A stretch of DNA of 64,000 bases, from the IMG/VR virus record IMGVR_UViG_3300033757_000347; one strand, given 5' to 3'. This document shows, piece after piece, positions 38,945-48,002 of this stretch. Source of the stretch: a virus. Its lineage: Duplodnaviria > Caudoviricetes. Position numbers and translations under genes: made by a program. The notes under the pieces were generated by a model that did no database searches, was not told where the DNA came from, and was given only the letters and a program-made list of their open reading frames with translations. The first letter of the stretch is position 1. Every line of letters begins with the position of its first letter.

Positions 38945-39319
38945 ATGGACGATTTTTACCGACTGACTAAGGATCACGAAAAAATAATGAGAGAGTGTAA
39001 AGATCTCGCTCTGGACGTGTTCATCGAAAGAAAGGATGAACACTACCGCAGAGTTCCGGATCCAACTTCTTTCGACGATCTGTTGAAAATCTTCGCCGAG
39101 TCAACGATGCACTGGGTTTTTATCAAACGAAAACAGAATCCAGTCGGACCTTACGTGAAGCAAGAAAATGGCGAATACAAAAAGTACGAGACATACTACG
39201 AAGTTGGCGGATGTACAATGTTGCATAAGGATGGATTCGATTACTTCCTATTCATTTACATGACCGAAGAAATTGGAGACGAATTCGTAAAAAAGTACAA
39301 GTTGAAACTTTTGAAATAA
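38945..39319 (+). CDS. Hypothetical protein inside the tRNA array
   Basis: 124-aa ORF with genome-typical codon usage. Confidence 0.65.
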   Translation: MDDFYRLTKDHEKIMRECKDLALDVFIERKDEHYRRVPDPTSFDDLLKIFAESTMHWVFIKRKQNPVGPYVKQENGEYKKYETYYEVGGCTMLHKDGFDYFLFIYMTEEIGDEFVKKYKLKLLK

Positions 39320-39325
39320 AAACAT

Positions 39326-39407
39326 GCCCAGGTGGCGAAATAGGTAGACGCCCCAGATTTAGGATCTGGTGTCGCAAGGCGTGCAGGTTCGATTCCTGTC
39401 CTGGGTA
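39326..39407 (+). tRNA. tRNA-Leu(TAG)
   Basis: Loop TT-TAG-GA. Confidence 0.9.
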
Positions 39408-39412
39408 CATAT

Positions 39413-39480
39413 AGACGTAGCAAACAGAAAGGGTTACTTCGTATCGGAAAATGAAAACACTCTATGCGATTTTCTCGTCT
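39413..39480 (+). ncRNA. Y-like RNA H (module only)
   Basis: AGACG-TAGCAA..AGGGTTACTTCG..ACTCT-ATGCGATTTTCT-CGTCT. Confidence 0.7.
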
Positions 39481-39488
39481 TTTTACAT

Positions 39489-39562
39489 GGTGTTTATAGT
39501 GTTAATGGTCAGCACGAAAGTTTGTGGCACTTTTAGTACCAGTTCGAATCTGGTTAGACACC
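39489..39562 (+). tRNA. tRNA-His(GTG)
   Basis: G-1/C73; loop TT-GTG-GC. Confidence 0.85.
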
Positions 39563-39687
39563 CATTTTTAAAAACGAGTCATGCCGCAATAGCTCAACGG
39601 TTAGAGCGCTTACTGAAAAATGCGGTTTGAAACATTCTTTGTTTTTTACTTTTTGATTATGGGGACAGTATAAATAAATAAAAAACT

Positions 39688-40338
39688 ATGCTGTGTTCAT
39701 ATTGCCAAATCAATGAAGCTAATTTCACATTAAAAAACGGAAAGGCTTGCTGTTCGCCAACTTATCAATCATGCCCAGGTATTAAGGCAAAAATTGGTAT
39801 CAAAATAAGTGCTAAGCTTACCGAACAATATAAAAATGGAATTAGAGAAAGTCATTTTAAAAAATTAAATGATGGATCGGTATGGCGCGGTAGATCACAT
39901 AAACAAGAAACCAAGGATTTATTATCTAACCTCAGTATTGGTCGTAAAATGCCCAAATCTTTTAGCGATAATAGAAGCACGGAAATGAAAAGTCGTTACT
40001 TGAATGGTTGGGAATCCAAGGCCGGAAGAACTAAAAAAATTGATTACGTTAGTTCAATCGCTGGATCTGTTAAATTAGATGGTTCCTGGGAATTAGCAGT
40101 AGCAAAATTTTTTGATCTAACTAATACTAATTGGGTTAGAAACAAAAAACGATTTGATTACACTGATTCATTAGGAAAAACAAGAACGTATTGTCCCGAT
40201 TTTTATTTACCAGATTCGTGTACGTACATTGAAGTTAAAGGTTACACTACTGAGTTGGATAGAATTAAATGGAATCAATTTAATGAAAATTTAGAAGTAT
40301 GGGATAAACCAGTTTTGAAGAACAAAGGAATATTATAA
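39688..40338 (+). mobile_element. PD-(D/E)xK homing endonuclease
   Basis: DGSWE, YCPDF, YIEVKG. Confidence 0.8.
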
Positions 40339-40427
40339 GGTAGAGTGACCGAGAGGTTTAAGGTAGCAGTTTGCTAAACTGTCGGTCGGTGAAAACTGGC
40401 CCGGAGGTTCGAATCCTCTCTCTGCCG
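40339..40427 (+). tRNA. tRNA-Ser(GCT)
   Basis: Long variable arm; G73. Confidence 0.9.
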
Positions 40428-40502
40428 CTCAGATTAAAGCTGATAGTTATTGTGGCCCTTCGATTTGAATCGCACAGGCATCACGCTATCACACGACAGA
40501 AC

Positions 40503-40577
40503 GGCCCTGTAGGTCAACGGATAGACCGGAAGTTTCCTAAACTTTAAATCTGGGTTCGATTCCCGGTGGGGCTACCA
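40503..40577 (+). tRNA. tRNA-Arg(CCT)
   Basis: Loop TT-CCT-AA; A20. Confidence 0.85.
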
Positions 40578-40613
40578 ATTGGTAAGTTAAAACACAGCAA
40601 ATCAATGAACAAT

Positions 40614-40689
40614 GGCTCCGTAGCTCAATGGATAGAGCATTAGCCTTCTAAGCTAACGGTTGAGCGTTCGAGCCGCTCCGGAGTCACCA
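40614..40689 (+). tRNA. tRNA-Arg(TCT)
   Basis: Loop CT-TCT-AA. Confidence 0.9.
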
Positions 40690-40701
40690 AGAATAACAAT
40701 T

Positions 40702-40774
40702 GCATCCATAGCTCAGCAGGTAGAGTAGCTGACTCTTAATCAGTGGGTCGTGGGTTCGAATCCCTCTGGATGCA
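40702..40774 (+). tRNA. tRNA-Lys(CTT)
   Basis: Loop CT-CTT-AA. Confidence 0.85.
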
Positions 40775-40804
40775 CAGATCAATATTTTCCAAGCTGTCAA
40801 AAAC

Positions 40805-40876
40805 GGCCTGTTAGCTCAACGGATAGAGTACCGGTTTCCGGAACCGAGGATATGCGTTCGATTCGCGTACAGGTCA
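40805..40876 (+). tRNA. tRNA-Arg(CCG)
   Basis: Loop TT-CCG-GA. Confidence 0.85.
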
Positions 40877-40888
40877 CTAAAAATACAT

Positions 40889-40962
40889 GCCCGCGTAGCT
40901 TAATTGGATAGAGCTTTTGACTACGGATCAAAGGGTTGGGGGTTCGAGTCCCTCCGCGGGTA
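40889..40962 (+). tRNA. tRNA-Arg(ACG)
   Basis: Loop CT-ACG-GA. Confidence 0.9.
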
Positions 40963-40975
40963 CTGAGTAAAGCAC

Positions 40976-41050
40976 GGCAAGGTGCTCGAGTGGTCAAAGG
41001 GGACTGTCTGCAAAACAGTAAAGTCATGGGTTCGAATCCCATCCTTGCCT
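40976..41050 (+). tRNA. tRNA-Cys(GCA)
   Basis: Loop CT-GCA-AA; U73. Confidence 0.85.
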
Positions 41051-41131
41051 CAAGTTGGAATATTTTCGCGCGAAGAGACCAATGAGTAGTAAAAAGAGTA
41101 AAGTAAAACAACTAAAAAAACCGATACTGAA

Positions 41132-42760
41132 ATGACAAAGTTCAGAAACGCAAATCTTCGTACTAAGCTTGCCAAGACGGCGCCTAAGGCGAAGTTAGTA
41201 GCTGCTAACGCAGTTCCTACGCCTAACACTGTCAATCGTTCGGGCCACGCGGCTTATGCGATCGACAAGTGGTTGAGACTGATCACAATGCTCAACACCT
41301 TGAAGCTGGAAAACCAGTTCTACAGGTCAGAAAATGAAACCATGAGGGAACTCAAGGGCATCGTTACTGCCTGTGCAAAGGAAGATCCTTACCTAACCGC
41401 ACAGTGCATCGTGTACTCACGTTGCGTTGGTGAAGGTATGAGGTCGATCAACCACCTCGCAGCAAGCTACCTCGCTCCTTACTGCGCTGGTCTCGAATGG
41501 GCGAAGAGGTTCTACTCACTGTGGAACAAGAAGACTCAGTCTGGTGGAACCATTTTCCGTCCAGATGACATGGCCGAAATTCTCGCCTGTTTCTCGGCTA
41601 TGAACAAGACGAAGGCAACGAACTCAATGAAGAAGGGTTTCGCAGACGCAATCGAAAGGCTCGACGCATACTCGATCCTTAAGTACAAGTCCGCTTTGAT
41701 CGACGTTATCAACCTCGTTCACCCTGACCCAAAGCAGTCGAAGGCATTCGTTGAATTCAAGGGCGAAAGGGTGACCGCTATCGACGCTGTCATCAAGGGC
41801 TTGGCCGTATCTGCCGACACCTGGGAAGTTGCTAACTCTGACGCAGGTCAGGAAGTTGCAAAGGCCGTAAAGGCTGGCAAGATCACCAAGGCCGAAGGTG
41901 CAGAAATCCTCAAGGAAGCTAAGGCTGAAAACTGGGGAGCTCTGTTGACCGAAGGTAAGCTAGGTACTCTAGCAGCTCTGCGTAACATCAGGAGCATTCT
42001 GAACACGGTCTCCGATCGTGCGACGATTGACAAGCTGTGCGCGGTTCTGTCGGATCCAAACCTTATCAGGCAGGCAAAGATCATGCCTTACCAGATCGAC
42101 ATGGCCGGCGAAATTCTGCTCGCAGAATTCGGCTCGAAGATGGACGGAAGGAAGATCGCTCAGGCTCTGTTGATCGGTTACGAAGCATCCGTTCCAAACC
42201 TTGCGGAAGCATTGCCAGGAAGGAACCTCGTTATCATCGACAGGTCCGGCTCCATGACCACGAAGATGGTCGACCCTAACAGGAAGACTCAGTACTCAAC
42301 GTCATGTGCTGACAAGGCATCCTTGATCGGAGCAACAATCGCGAAGGCAACAAACGCTGACGTTATTCAGTTCGGATCGAGCGCTCACTACACTCCATGG
42401 AACGCAAACCAGGACGTATTCTCGATCGCAAGGTCGTTCAATGCTAACCTTGGTGGAACCAACCTAAGCACCGCTTGGGATCTGGCAGCACGTTCCGGAA
42501 AGGCGTACGACAGGGTGTTCATCCTCTCTGACAACGAATGCAACCGTGGAAACACGTACTCTTCGTACACGAACTACCTGAGGACTGTTGGAAACCCATA
42601 CGTCTACTCTGTAGACATGGCGTCCTACGGCACGACTCAGCTGATCGGAGACAAGGTCCGTTTCTACTACGGTTACGGCTTCTCGATGTTCGACGACATC
42701 GCCAACGTCGAATTCAATCCTACATACCACCTGGACAAGGTACGTAAGATCGTAATCTAA
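41132..42760 (+). CDS. Ro60/Rsr-like TROVE-domain RNA-binding protein with C-terminal vWA domain
   Basis: VNRSGHAAY, QFYRSE, ALRNIRSI, MIDAS DRSGSM, GGTN, ILSDNE; 542 aa. Confidence 0.85.
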   Translation: MTKFRNANLRTKLAKTAPKAKLVAANAVPTPNTVNRSGHAAYAIDKWLRLITMLNTLKLENQFYRSENETMRELKGIVTACAKEDPYLTAQCIVYSRCVGEGMRSINHLAASYLAPYCAGLEWAKRFYSLWNKKTQSGGTIFRPDDMAEILACFSAMNKTKATNSMKKGFADAIERLDAYSILKYKSALIDVINLVHPDPKQSKAFVEFKGERVTAIDAVIKGLAVSADTWEVANSDAGQEVAKAVKAGKITKAEGAEILKEAKAENWGALLTEGKLGTLAALRNIRSILNTVSDRATIDKLCAVLSDPNLIRQAKIMPYQIDMAGEILLAEFGSKMDGRKIAQALLIGYEASVPNLAEALPGRNLVIIDRSGSMTTKMVDPNRKTQYSTSCADKASLIGATIAKATNADVIQFGSSAHYTPWNANQDVFSIARSFNANLGGTNLSTAWDLAARSGKAYDRVFILSDNECNRGNTYSSYTNYLRTVGNPYVYSVDMASYGTTQLIGDKVRFYYGYGFSMFDDIANVEFNPTYHLDKVRKIVI

Positions 42761-42771
42761 CACTCACTAAC

Positions 42772-42803
42772 CGAGGCCGGTTCCAGGCCGGCCTCGTTTT
42801 TTT
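42772..42803 (+). terminator. Intrinsic terminator after the Ro60 gene
   Basis: CGAGGCCGG..CCGGCCTCG plus T-tract. Confidence 0.8.
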
Positions 42804-42808
42804 CACAT

Positions 42809-42917
42809 GGAGTAAAAGGGCCGAAACGGTCCCGAAGGACCTGCTAAAAGCCTAGGTAAGTTAGTAAGGCTTCGGAAAAGCTGAATCGGATTGCTAGTTC
42901 AATTCTGGCTACTCCTC
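42809..42917 (+). ncRNA. Atypical tRNA-like RNA downstream of Ro60
   Basis: GGAGTA/TACTCC; T arm GCTAG-TTCAATT-CTGGC; several small hairpins instead of D and anticodon arms. Confidence 0.5.
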
Positions 42918-43139
42918 TAAAAATAAATAATTCTTTGAAACCGCTGACGAGGTGGGTGTAAGATAAACAACAGGGACTGCTGTTGGCCCGAAAAGGTGAG
43001 ACGGTAGGTAGCTTAGGCGCAGAAATGCGTTACCGAATCAATCGGAGGTTTATACTAGGGGGACACAGGGAAATTAGATGAAGTACCTCCCTCGAAAAGT
43101 AGTCGACGGTTTCTTTGTTCTTTGAAGACATTAAAAATA

Positions 43140-43269
43140 TTTGGGTAGCAACGCGTAGGGATACTTCGTAGCTTAGTTGGTTTAAGCAATTGTTCGCAAC
43201 ACAATGGATCGCCGGTTCAAGTCCGGCCGAACGCCGAGAGGCGTAAAGCCCTTGCCCCATTCTCCCAAA
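43140..43269 (+). ncRNA. Y-like RNA I (module replaces the acceptor stem; GCA anticodon)
   Basis: TAGCAA..AGGGATACTTCG, D arm, ATTGT-TCGCAAC-ACAAT, T arm, CCCTTGC..TTCT. Confidence 0.75.
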
Positions 43270-43284
43270 AACTTATTAAAAACC

Positions 43285-43332
43285 ATGAAGAGAATCAACA
43301 GTTCGTAGGGTCAGATCGTTCTGACAATATGA
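43285..43332 (+). promoter_or_regulatory. Amber-terminated leader MKRINSS(TAG); readthrough would end in ATGA at the next start
   Basis: TAG 43306-08; hairpin GTCAGA/TCTGAC; TGA 43330-32 overlaps ATG 43329. Confidence 0.55.
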
Positions 43333-43529
43333 AAACACAAACTGAAAAACCGAAACAGCCTCTCAAGTATTGGCTGGTAGACATCACCCTTACGAGTGGT
43401 GAAGTTCTACACTTTTACGTGAAAGCCCTGAACATTCACGAAGCTTATCAAAAAGCTGATGGGTATGCAGAATGGACGAGTAACGAGCAGTTGTTGAATC
43501 ACCTGCGAACTTTCAAACTCATGGTTTGA
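43329..43529 (+). CDS. Hypothetical protein
   Basis: 66-aa ORF. Confidence 0.6.
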   Translation: MKTQTEKPKQPLKYWLVDITLTSGEVLHFYVKALNIHEAYQKADGYAEWTSNEQLLNHLRTFKLMV

Positions 43530-43542
43530 AATTGAATTTAAG

Positions 43543-43679
43543 AAATCCGGTAGTAAAGGAGCAGAGTTACTTCGCGAAAATCGCCCAGCTGATAGGGCAA
43601 TTGTTTTGGGGACAATAGGTCAGCGGTTTGAATCCGCCTTTTTGCAACACAGACAACTCTTCTCGACTTTCTCCGATTT
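43543..43679 (+). ncRNA. Y-like RNA J (module replaces the acceptor stem; Pro TGG anticodon)
   Basis: TAGTAA..AGAGTTACTTCG, D arm, ATTGT-TTTGGGG-ACAAT, T arm, AACTCT..CGACTTTCT. Confidence 0.75.
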
Positions 43680-43705
43680 TTTTATGCACTAAAAAACGGA
43701 ACAAC

Positions 43706-44119
43706 ATGATAAAAGCAACTAGAAATCAAATCTACAACGTTCACAACCATTACCAGGGAAAGACCAAGAAGGTCCTGTGCGCGTGTTCCGCTGGCCTGTT
43801 AAGGTCAGCCACTCTTCAGAATTTTCTTATCAGAGAGTACGGTTACAACGTCAGAAACTGCGGAACCGACGAGTCGTACGCTCTCATCCCAATATCCGAA
43901 GCTTTGGTTGAATGGGCAGACGAAATAGTTTTCGTCAATGCGCAGAACTACAACATGGTAAAGGAAGAGATCGCAAGCCTTGGAGCAACCGAAAAGTGCC
44001 ATGTTCTGAACATTCCGGACGTTTACGCATTTAACGATCCTGCTCTGGTCGAAATTTGCAAGGAACAGTACGAGAGAGTAGTCCTAAAGAAAGCTGCTGG
44101 TACTGCTGACGATAAATAA
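43706..44119 (+). CDS. Low-molecular-weight PTP-fold phosphatase
   Basis: CSAGLLRS (CX5R), LVEWADEI, LNIPD. Confidence 0.8.
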   Translation: MIKATRNQIYNVHNHYQGKTKKVLCACSAGLLRSATLQNFLIREYGYNVRNCGTDESYALIPISEALVEWADEIVFVNAQNYNMVKEEIASLGATEKCHVLNIPDVYAFNDPALVEICKEQYERVVLKKAAGTADDK

Positions 44120-44123
44120 CGGT

Positions 44124-44405
44124 ATGAAACAATTCGTACCTAATTTTTCGGAATTTTCAAGAGTTTACGAGCAAGTAGCCAACGAGGAAGAAATTCTCAA
44201 AGGCGGAACTGCCGATAACCGAACTCTTCAGGACATAGCTGACCACCACGGCGTTCCTCTGTGGAAGGTCCAAGCCGAGTACAAGAAAGGTATAATAATA
44301 GAAAAGGAACACACCAGCAACGATGCTGAAGCTGAAGAGATCGTAAAGGATCACCTTTGGGAGTTCGCAGATTACTACACACGTTTAGACAAAGCAGAGA
44401 AATGA
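44124..44405 (+). CDS. DUF5661-like protein
   Basis: GIIIEKEHT...IVKDHLWEFADYYTRL. Confidence 0.65.
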   Translation: MKQFVPNFSEFSRVYEQVANEEEILKGGTADNRTLQDIADHHGVPLWKVQAEYKKGIIIEKEHTSNDAEAEEIVKDHLWEFADYYTRLDKAEK

Positions 44406-44839
44406 AAAAAGCAGCAATGAACATCATAATCAACGAAAAAGGAGAAACTCTCTTCCTTCTTCGTGCAAAGAAACCATTCGGTTGGGGTCTCGTAGGCGGA
44501 AAGCTTGATGGAGACGAGAACGCGGTTGCCGCGTGCCTTCGCGAAACTATAGAAGAGACCGGTTTGGAGCTGGAAGCATCCCAGATGAGGTTGGTTGGAG
44601 ACGATGTATCTGCCAATGGAACTCCGCTAGTCGTGTTCGAAACGATCCTCGATCACACCCCAGAAGTAAAGATAAGCAAAGACGAACACCTCAATGCCAA
44701 GTGGATAAAGACTCACCGCAGCAAGTACGCCCAGGATTACACGGACGAAGTTCGTAGCAAGTTCTTCGCCGGACGTACTCTCGCCATTCTCGACAGAGAA
44801 AAAGAAATTTTCGTTCCAGATTTCCCTTCTCGTTACTAA
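44402..44839 (+). CDS. NUDIX hydrolase
   Basis: GGKLDGDENAVAACLRETIEETGL Nudix box. Confidence 0.9.
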   Translation: MKKAAMNIIINEKGETLFLLRAKKPFGWGLVGGKLDGDENAVAACLRETIEETGLELEASQMRLVGDDVSANGTPLVVFETILDHTPEVKISKDEHLNAKWIKTHRSKYAQDYTDEVRSKFFAGRTLAILDREKEIFVPDFPSRY

Positions 44840-44871
44840 GTTGGTAAGTTATCACTCGAAACTTACACATA

Positions 44872-46041
44872 ATGAAAGAAAACAACAAGATTTGGTCCCA
44901 GCAAGACAACACTTATTGGCTTCGTAGCTTGGGCATCAGCCACAAGCTCTTACCCAATGCAGTTTACACGTTAGAACTCGATCCTCTTGGAAACCCATTT
45001 CTGAAGGAAGTACAAAAGGAATTCTCATTCGATTACAAAATATACGGCTTAGAGACCCATCTTGTCGACCGGGTTAAGAAAACATTCTCATCAGTTGAGG
45101 GAAACCTCGGGATCCTTCTGAACGGACAAAGAGGAACAGGAAAGACGGTCACTGCGAAGCTCATGTGCAATGCTCTTAAGATGCCAGTCATCGTAATGGA
45201 CAGGTTCATTGAAGATGGACACAGGTTTCTGAACAGCATACCGCAGGACATCATCATCTTCATCGATGAGTACGAGAAGATCTTCGAAGAAAATTTTCAG
45301 CTTCTTTCCATCATGGACGGAGCTATGAACTCCGAACACAAGAGAGTGTTCATACTTACCACTAACGAACTTTACGTTAATGACAATCTGATCCAGCGCC
45401 CAGGGAGAATTCGTTACCTTAAAACGTTCAAGGATCTATCCAGAGAAGCGATCACTGAAATCGTAAACGATTGCCTCACTAACACAAAATACAGAGACGA
45501 CGTTCTAAAGTTCGTTTCCACTCTGGAAATGATAACTGTTGACGTCGTAAAGACCATCTGCCAGGAAGTAAACCTTCACAACCAACCGCCTGAAAAGTTC
45601 GCAGAATTCTTCAACGTGAAGAAAGTAAGCGGGAAGTTCGACGTTTACTTGGTGGACGATCGCGGTGCCAGGACTACCACTCTGCCTTTCGTTGCTAACG
45701 CTAAGGTCTCTCCGAACCAGGATTTCGAAGAGGACGATCACATCTACATCAACAATGACTACATCGGTAGGATCATTGACGTCCTTGACGAAAACATCAT
45801 TAAGGTTCGCATAAGCTGCGAGGAAGACGGTTTGAACCGTACTCAGAAAAAGTTCCTTGGAATCCAACAGGAAGAAGAAGCAATTCACTCATCGAACGAG
45901 ATGGAAATCGTAGCAAAGCCGTCCAGACGTAAACGCCAATCCAAAAAAGTTGAGGAAGAAGGTCGGATCCTGGAAGCAGAGTTCAACGTTGAAATCTCAA
46001 CGTCTGAAGCATACAACCGCATGTACCGTTACGTACTTTAA
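44872..46041 (+). CDS. AAA+ ATPase
   Basis: GQRGTGKT, IFIDEYEK, LTTN, RPGRIRY. Confidence 0.9.
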   Translation: MKENNKIWSQQDNTYWLRSLGISHKLLPNAVYTLELDPLGNPFLKEVQKEFSFDYKIYGLETHLVDRVKKTFSSVEGNLGILLNGQRGTGKTVTAKLMCNALKMPVIVMDRFIEDGHRFLNSIPQDIIIFIDEYEKIFEENFQLLSIMDGAMNSEHKRVFILTTNELYVNDNLIQRPGRIRYLKTFKDLSREAITEIVNDCLTNTKYRDDVLKFVSTLEMITVDVVKTICQEVNLHNQPPEKFAEFFNVKKVSGKFDVYLVDDRGARTTTLPFVANAKVSPNQDFEEDDHIYINNDYIGRIIDVLDENIIKVRISCEEDGLNRTQKKFLGIQQEEEAIHSSNEMEIVAKPSRRKRQSKKVEEEGRILEAEFNVEISTSEAYNRMYRYVL

Positions 46042-46070
46042 TCGAACGAACCACTTAAACACATAAGACA

Positions 46071-46592
46071 ATGAACTGGTATTCAATTTTTTACTGGCTG
46101 ACAGTAGCCAACAATGCGAAGGGATTTTTCTGGTTCTTCGGAGTCGTAATATCCATCATCGCTATCGTCTCGTTCATAGCGTGGATAGTTAACATGAATG
46201 AGACAGACAAGGACGCGCCCATCGCGGTCAAAGCCTCAAGAAAGTGGTTCTTCTGGTCTCTTCCTATCGCAATGCTCATGTGGGCAGGCATCATCTTTAC
46301 TCCGAGCAAGAAGGACGCAGTCCTTATCGTTGCTGGAGGAACGGCCGCTAACTTTTTAACCAGCGATTCTACCGCTAAAGCTTTGCCGCACGACATAATG
46401 GTCTTTCTTCAGACTGAGATACGTTCTCTAGCTGAGGACGCAAAGGTCGAAATATCAGAAGCCAAGACTGAATTGAAAGTCAAGAGTGCAAAGGAAAAGA
46501 TCATTGAGGAAGCAAAGAACATGACAGGGGATCAGATCCTGGAAAAGATGAAGGTCGATACAATCTTTCGAAACATCATCCTAAATAATTAA
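46071..46592 (+). CDS. Membrane protein
   Basis: TM segments. Confidence 0.65.
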   Translation: MNWYSIFYWLTVANNAKGFFWFFGVVISIIAIVSFIAWIVNMNETDKDAPIAVKASRKWFFWSLPIAMLMWAGIIFTPSKKDAVLIVAGGTAANFLTSDSTAKALPHDIMVFLQTEIRSLAEDAKVEISEAKTELKVKSAKEKIIEEAKNMTGDQILEKMKVDTIFRNIILNN

Positions 46593-46594
46593 AA

Positions 46595-46786
46595 ATGACC
46601 CTGGTAAAGACGTTAACTGGTCATACTTCGCAGGAAGTAACCGGAGGTGGAACCAAAAGTTTCGTTTCGTTCGATCGGCTGATGTACGCCATCAAAAACG
46701 AGGTGAACTTAAAGCCCAACGAGGAAATAATAGGTTTCACAGTTGACGAAAACGGCTTGCTGGTGAGTATAAAAACAAAAAGCTGA
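46595..46786 (+). CDS. Hypothetical protein
   Basis: 63-aa ORF within the operon. Confidence 0.5.
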   Translation: MTLVKTLTGHTSQEVTGGGTKSFVSFDRLMYAIKNEVNLKPNEEIIGFTVDENGLLVSIKTKS

Positions 46787-47055
46787 TGAAAAATTACAGA
46801 GAAACTGTGGTTGAGGAAATTCAGCACAGTGACCTTGACCTACAGGAACCGTTCTACACAGGCGAGGAAAGAAACGAAGTTGACACAGCCGAGGACATCT
46901 GGTCGGAAACGGTTAGCATGGACATCGACGAGGCTATAAAAACTCTGACTACTTTGAAGGAAAAGGGCTCCAACCGAGTTTACCTCTATGCTCACAGCGA
47001 TCACAACGGTTACATCTTCACCGGAGTAAAACTGGAAGAAGTAGCAGATGAATAA
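46786..47055 (+). CDS. Hypothetical protein
   Basis: Coupled ORF. Confidence 0.55.
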   Translation: MKNYRETVVEEIQHSDLDLQEPFYTGEERNEVDTAEDIWSETVSMDIDEAIKTLTTLKEKGSNRVYLYAHSDHNGYIFTGVKLEEVADE

Positions 47056-47245
47056 GAACTGTCACCCTAAGTGCTTAGCTGGCCAACACCCGTTCGTTAG
47101 GATATACACTATCGGCGCGGAAGAACACCTTAACGTTGTTCGATGGTGCCCAGAATGCGGAGCCATAGTGATCGACGTTGACAAAAACGGAATCACTAAC
47201 CACGGAGAGGTGATGAAACTCAGAATACCTACGATCTCAAAGTAA
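47048..47245 (+). CDS. Small Zn-ribbon protein
   Basis: VVRWCPECG. Confidence 0.55.
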   Translation: MNKNCHPKCLAGQHPFVRIYTIGAEEHLNVVRWCPECGAIVIDVDKNGITNHGEVMKLRIPTISK

Positions 47246-47251
47246 GAAGTC

Positions 47252-47704
47252 ATGTGGTCAAAAGAAAAAATGTACGCAAAGATTCACCGAGCGGTGGTCA
47301 CAGGAGCTAACCTCAATTACGAGGGTAGCATCACCATTGGAAAAACTCTGTTGACTGCATCAACTTTGAAGCCGTTTGACCGAGTTCAGGTCTTAAACAT
47401 AACGACCGGAAAGCGAATAGAAACGTACGTCATCGAAGGCGAGGAGTCAGAAATATGCTTGAACGGAGCAGCCGCACATTTTTTCAAAGAAGGAGATCTG
47501 GTGATCATCATCGGTTACATGAACGTTTTTTACGGTCAGTCCAGCCAGCAGTGGAAAATCGGAGAAAGAGGAGAGTGGAGGCAGAAGAACATAGAGGACG
47601 ATTCTCCGTACCCGGTGATTGTCATAGTCGACGGAACACCAAGTAACGCCATCCTCGAAAAGTACATGATCGACGAGGAAGGCCGCAAAATACCAACTCC
47701 ATGA
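47252..47704 (+). CDS. panD: Aspartate 1-decarboxylase (pyruvoyl type)
   Basis: KIHRAVVT..LNYEG|SITI, GKRIETY, ICLNGAAA. Confidence 0.9.
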   Translation: MWSKEKMYAKIHRAVVTGANLNYEGSITIGKTLLTASTLKPFDRVQVLNITTGKRIETYVIEGEESEICLNGAAAHFFKEGDLVIIIGYMNVFYGQSSQQWKIGERGEWRQKNIEDDSPYPVIVIVDGTPSNAILEKYMIDEEGRKIPTP

Positions 47705-47949
47705 AAAATACTCTGATCTTCTTTATTTTACTGATACTGCTATCTTCCTGCGGGAAGGTTAAGCGCTACGATGTTAAAGTTCAATACTTTAACGAATCGA
47801 TCGATACGATAGTGATCTTTTCCGAAAAAGACCCTATACTTACGTCAGACGGCGGAGTGATGTCGTGCAGCGATGCAGTGTTCAGTCACGATAAGGTTGA
47901 AGTAGCTGGAGTGCGAAAGATTCGCATCGTAAAAGTAAAAGAATTGTGA
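47701..47949 (+). CDS. Lipoprotein
   Basis: LSSC lipobox. Confidence 0.6.
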   Translation: MKNTLIFFILLILLSSCGKVKRYDVKVQYFNESIDTIVIFSEKDPILTSDGGVMSCSDAVFSHDKVEVAGVRKIRIVKVKEL

Positions 47950-48002
47950 TCAAAATGAACCTTTTAACACAAATTTGATATAAGTCTAAAAACAAAAACC
48001 AA

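Noticed and set aside
39583-39626. Additional tRNA genes here and at 32099-32128
   Set aside because: Only a D arm (39583) or a T arm plus acceptor 3' strand (32099) remains; these are probably remnants of insertion or deletion
34813-41111. ORF-track entries overlapping tRNAs (for example 34813, 34950, 35472, 36599, 38225, 40797, also 29255 and 30290)
   Set aside because: These are translations of RNA genes or their antisense strands, with no protein motifs
30255-43679. CRISPR array or T-box riboswitches as the explanation for the repeated module
   Set aside because: Copies are dispersed, degenerate and bipartite with no regular spacers; there is no T-box UGG antiterminator bulge and no cas gene
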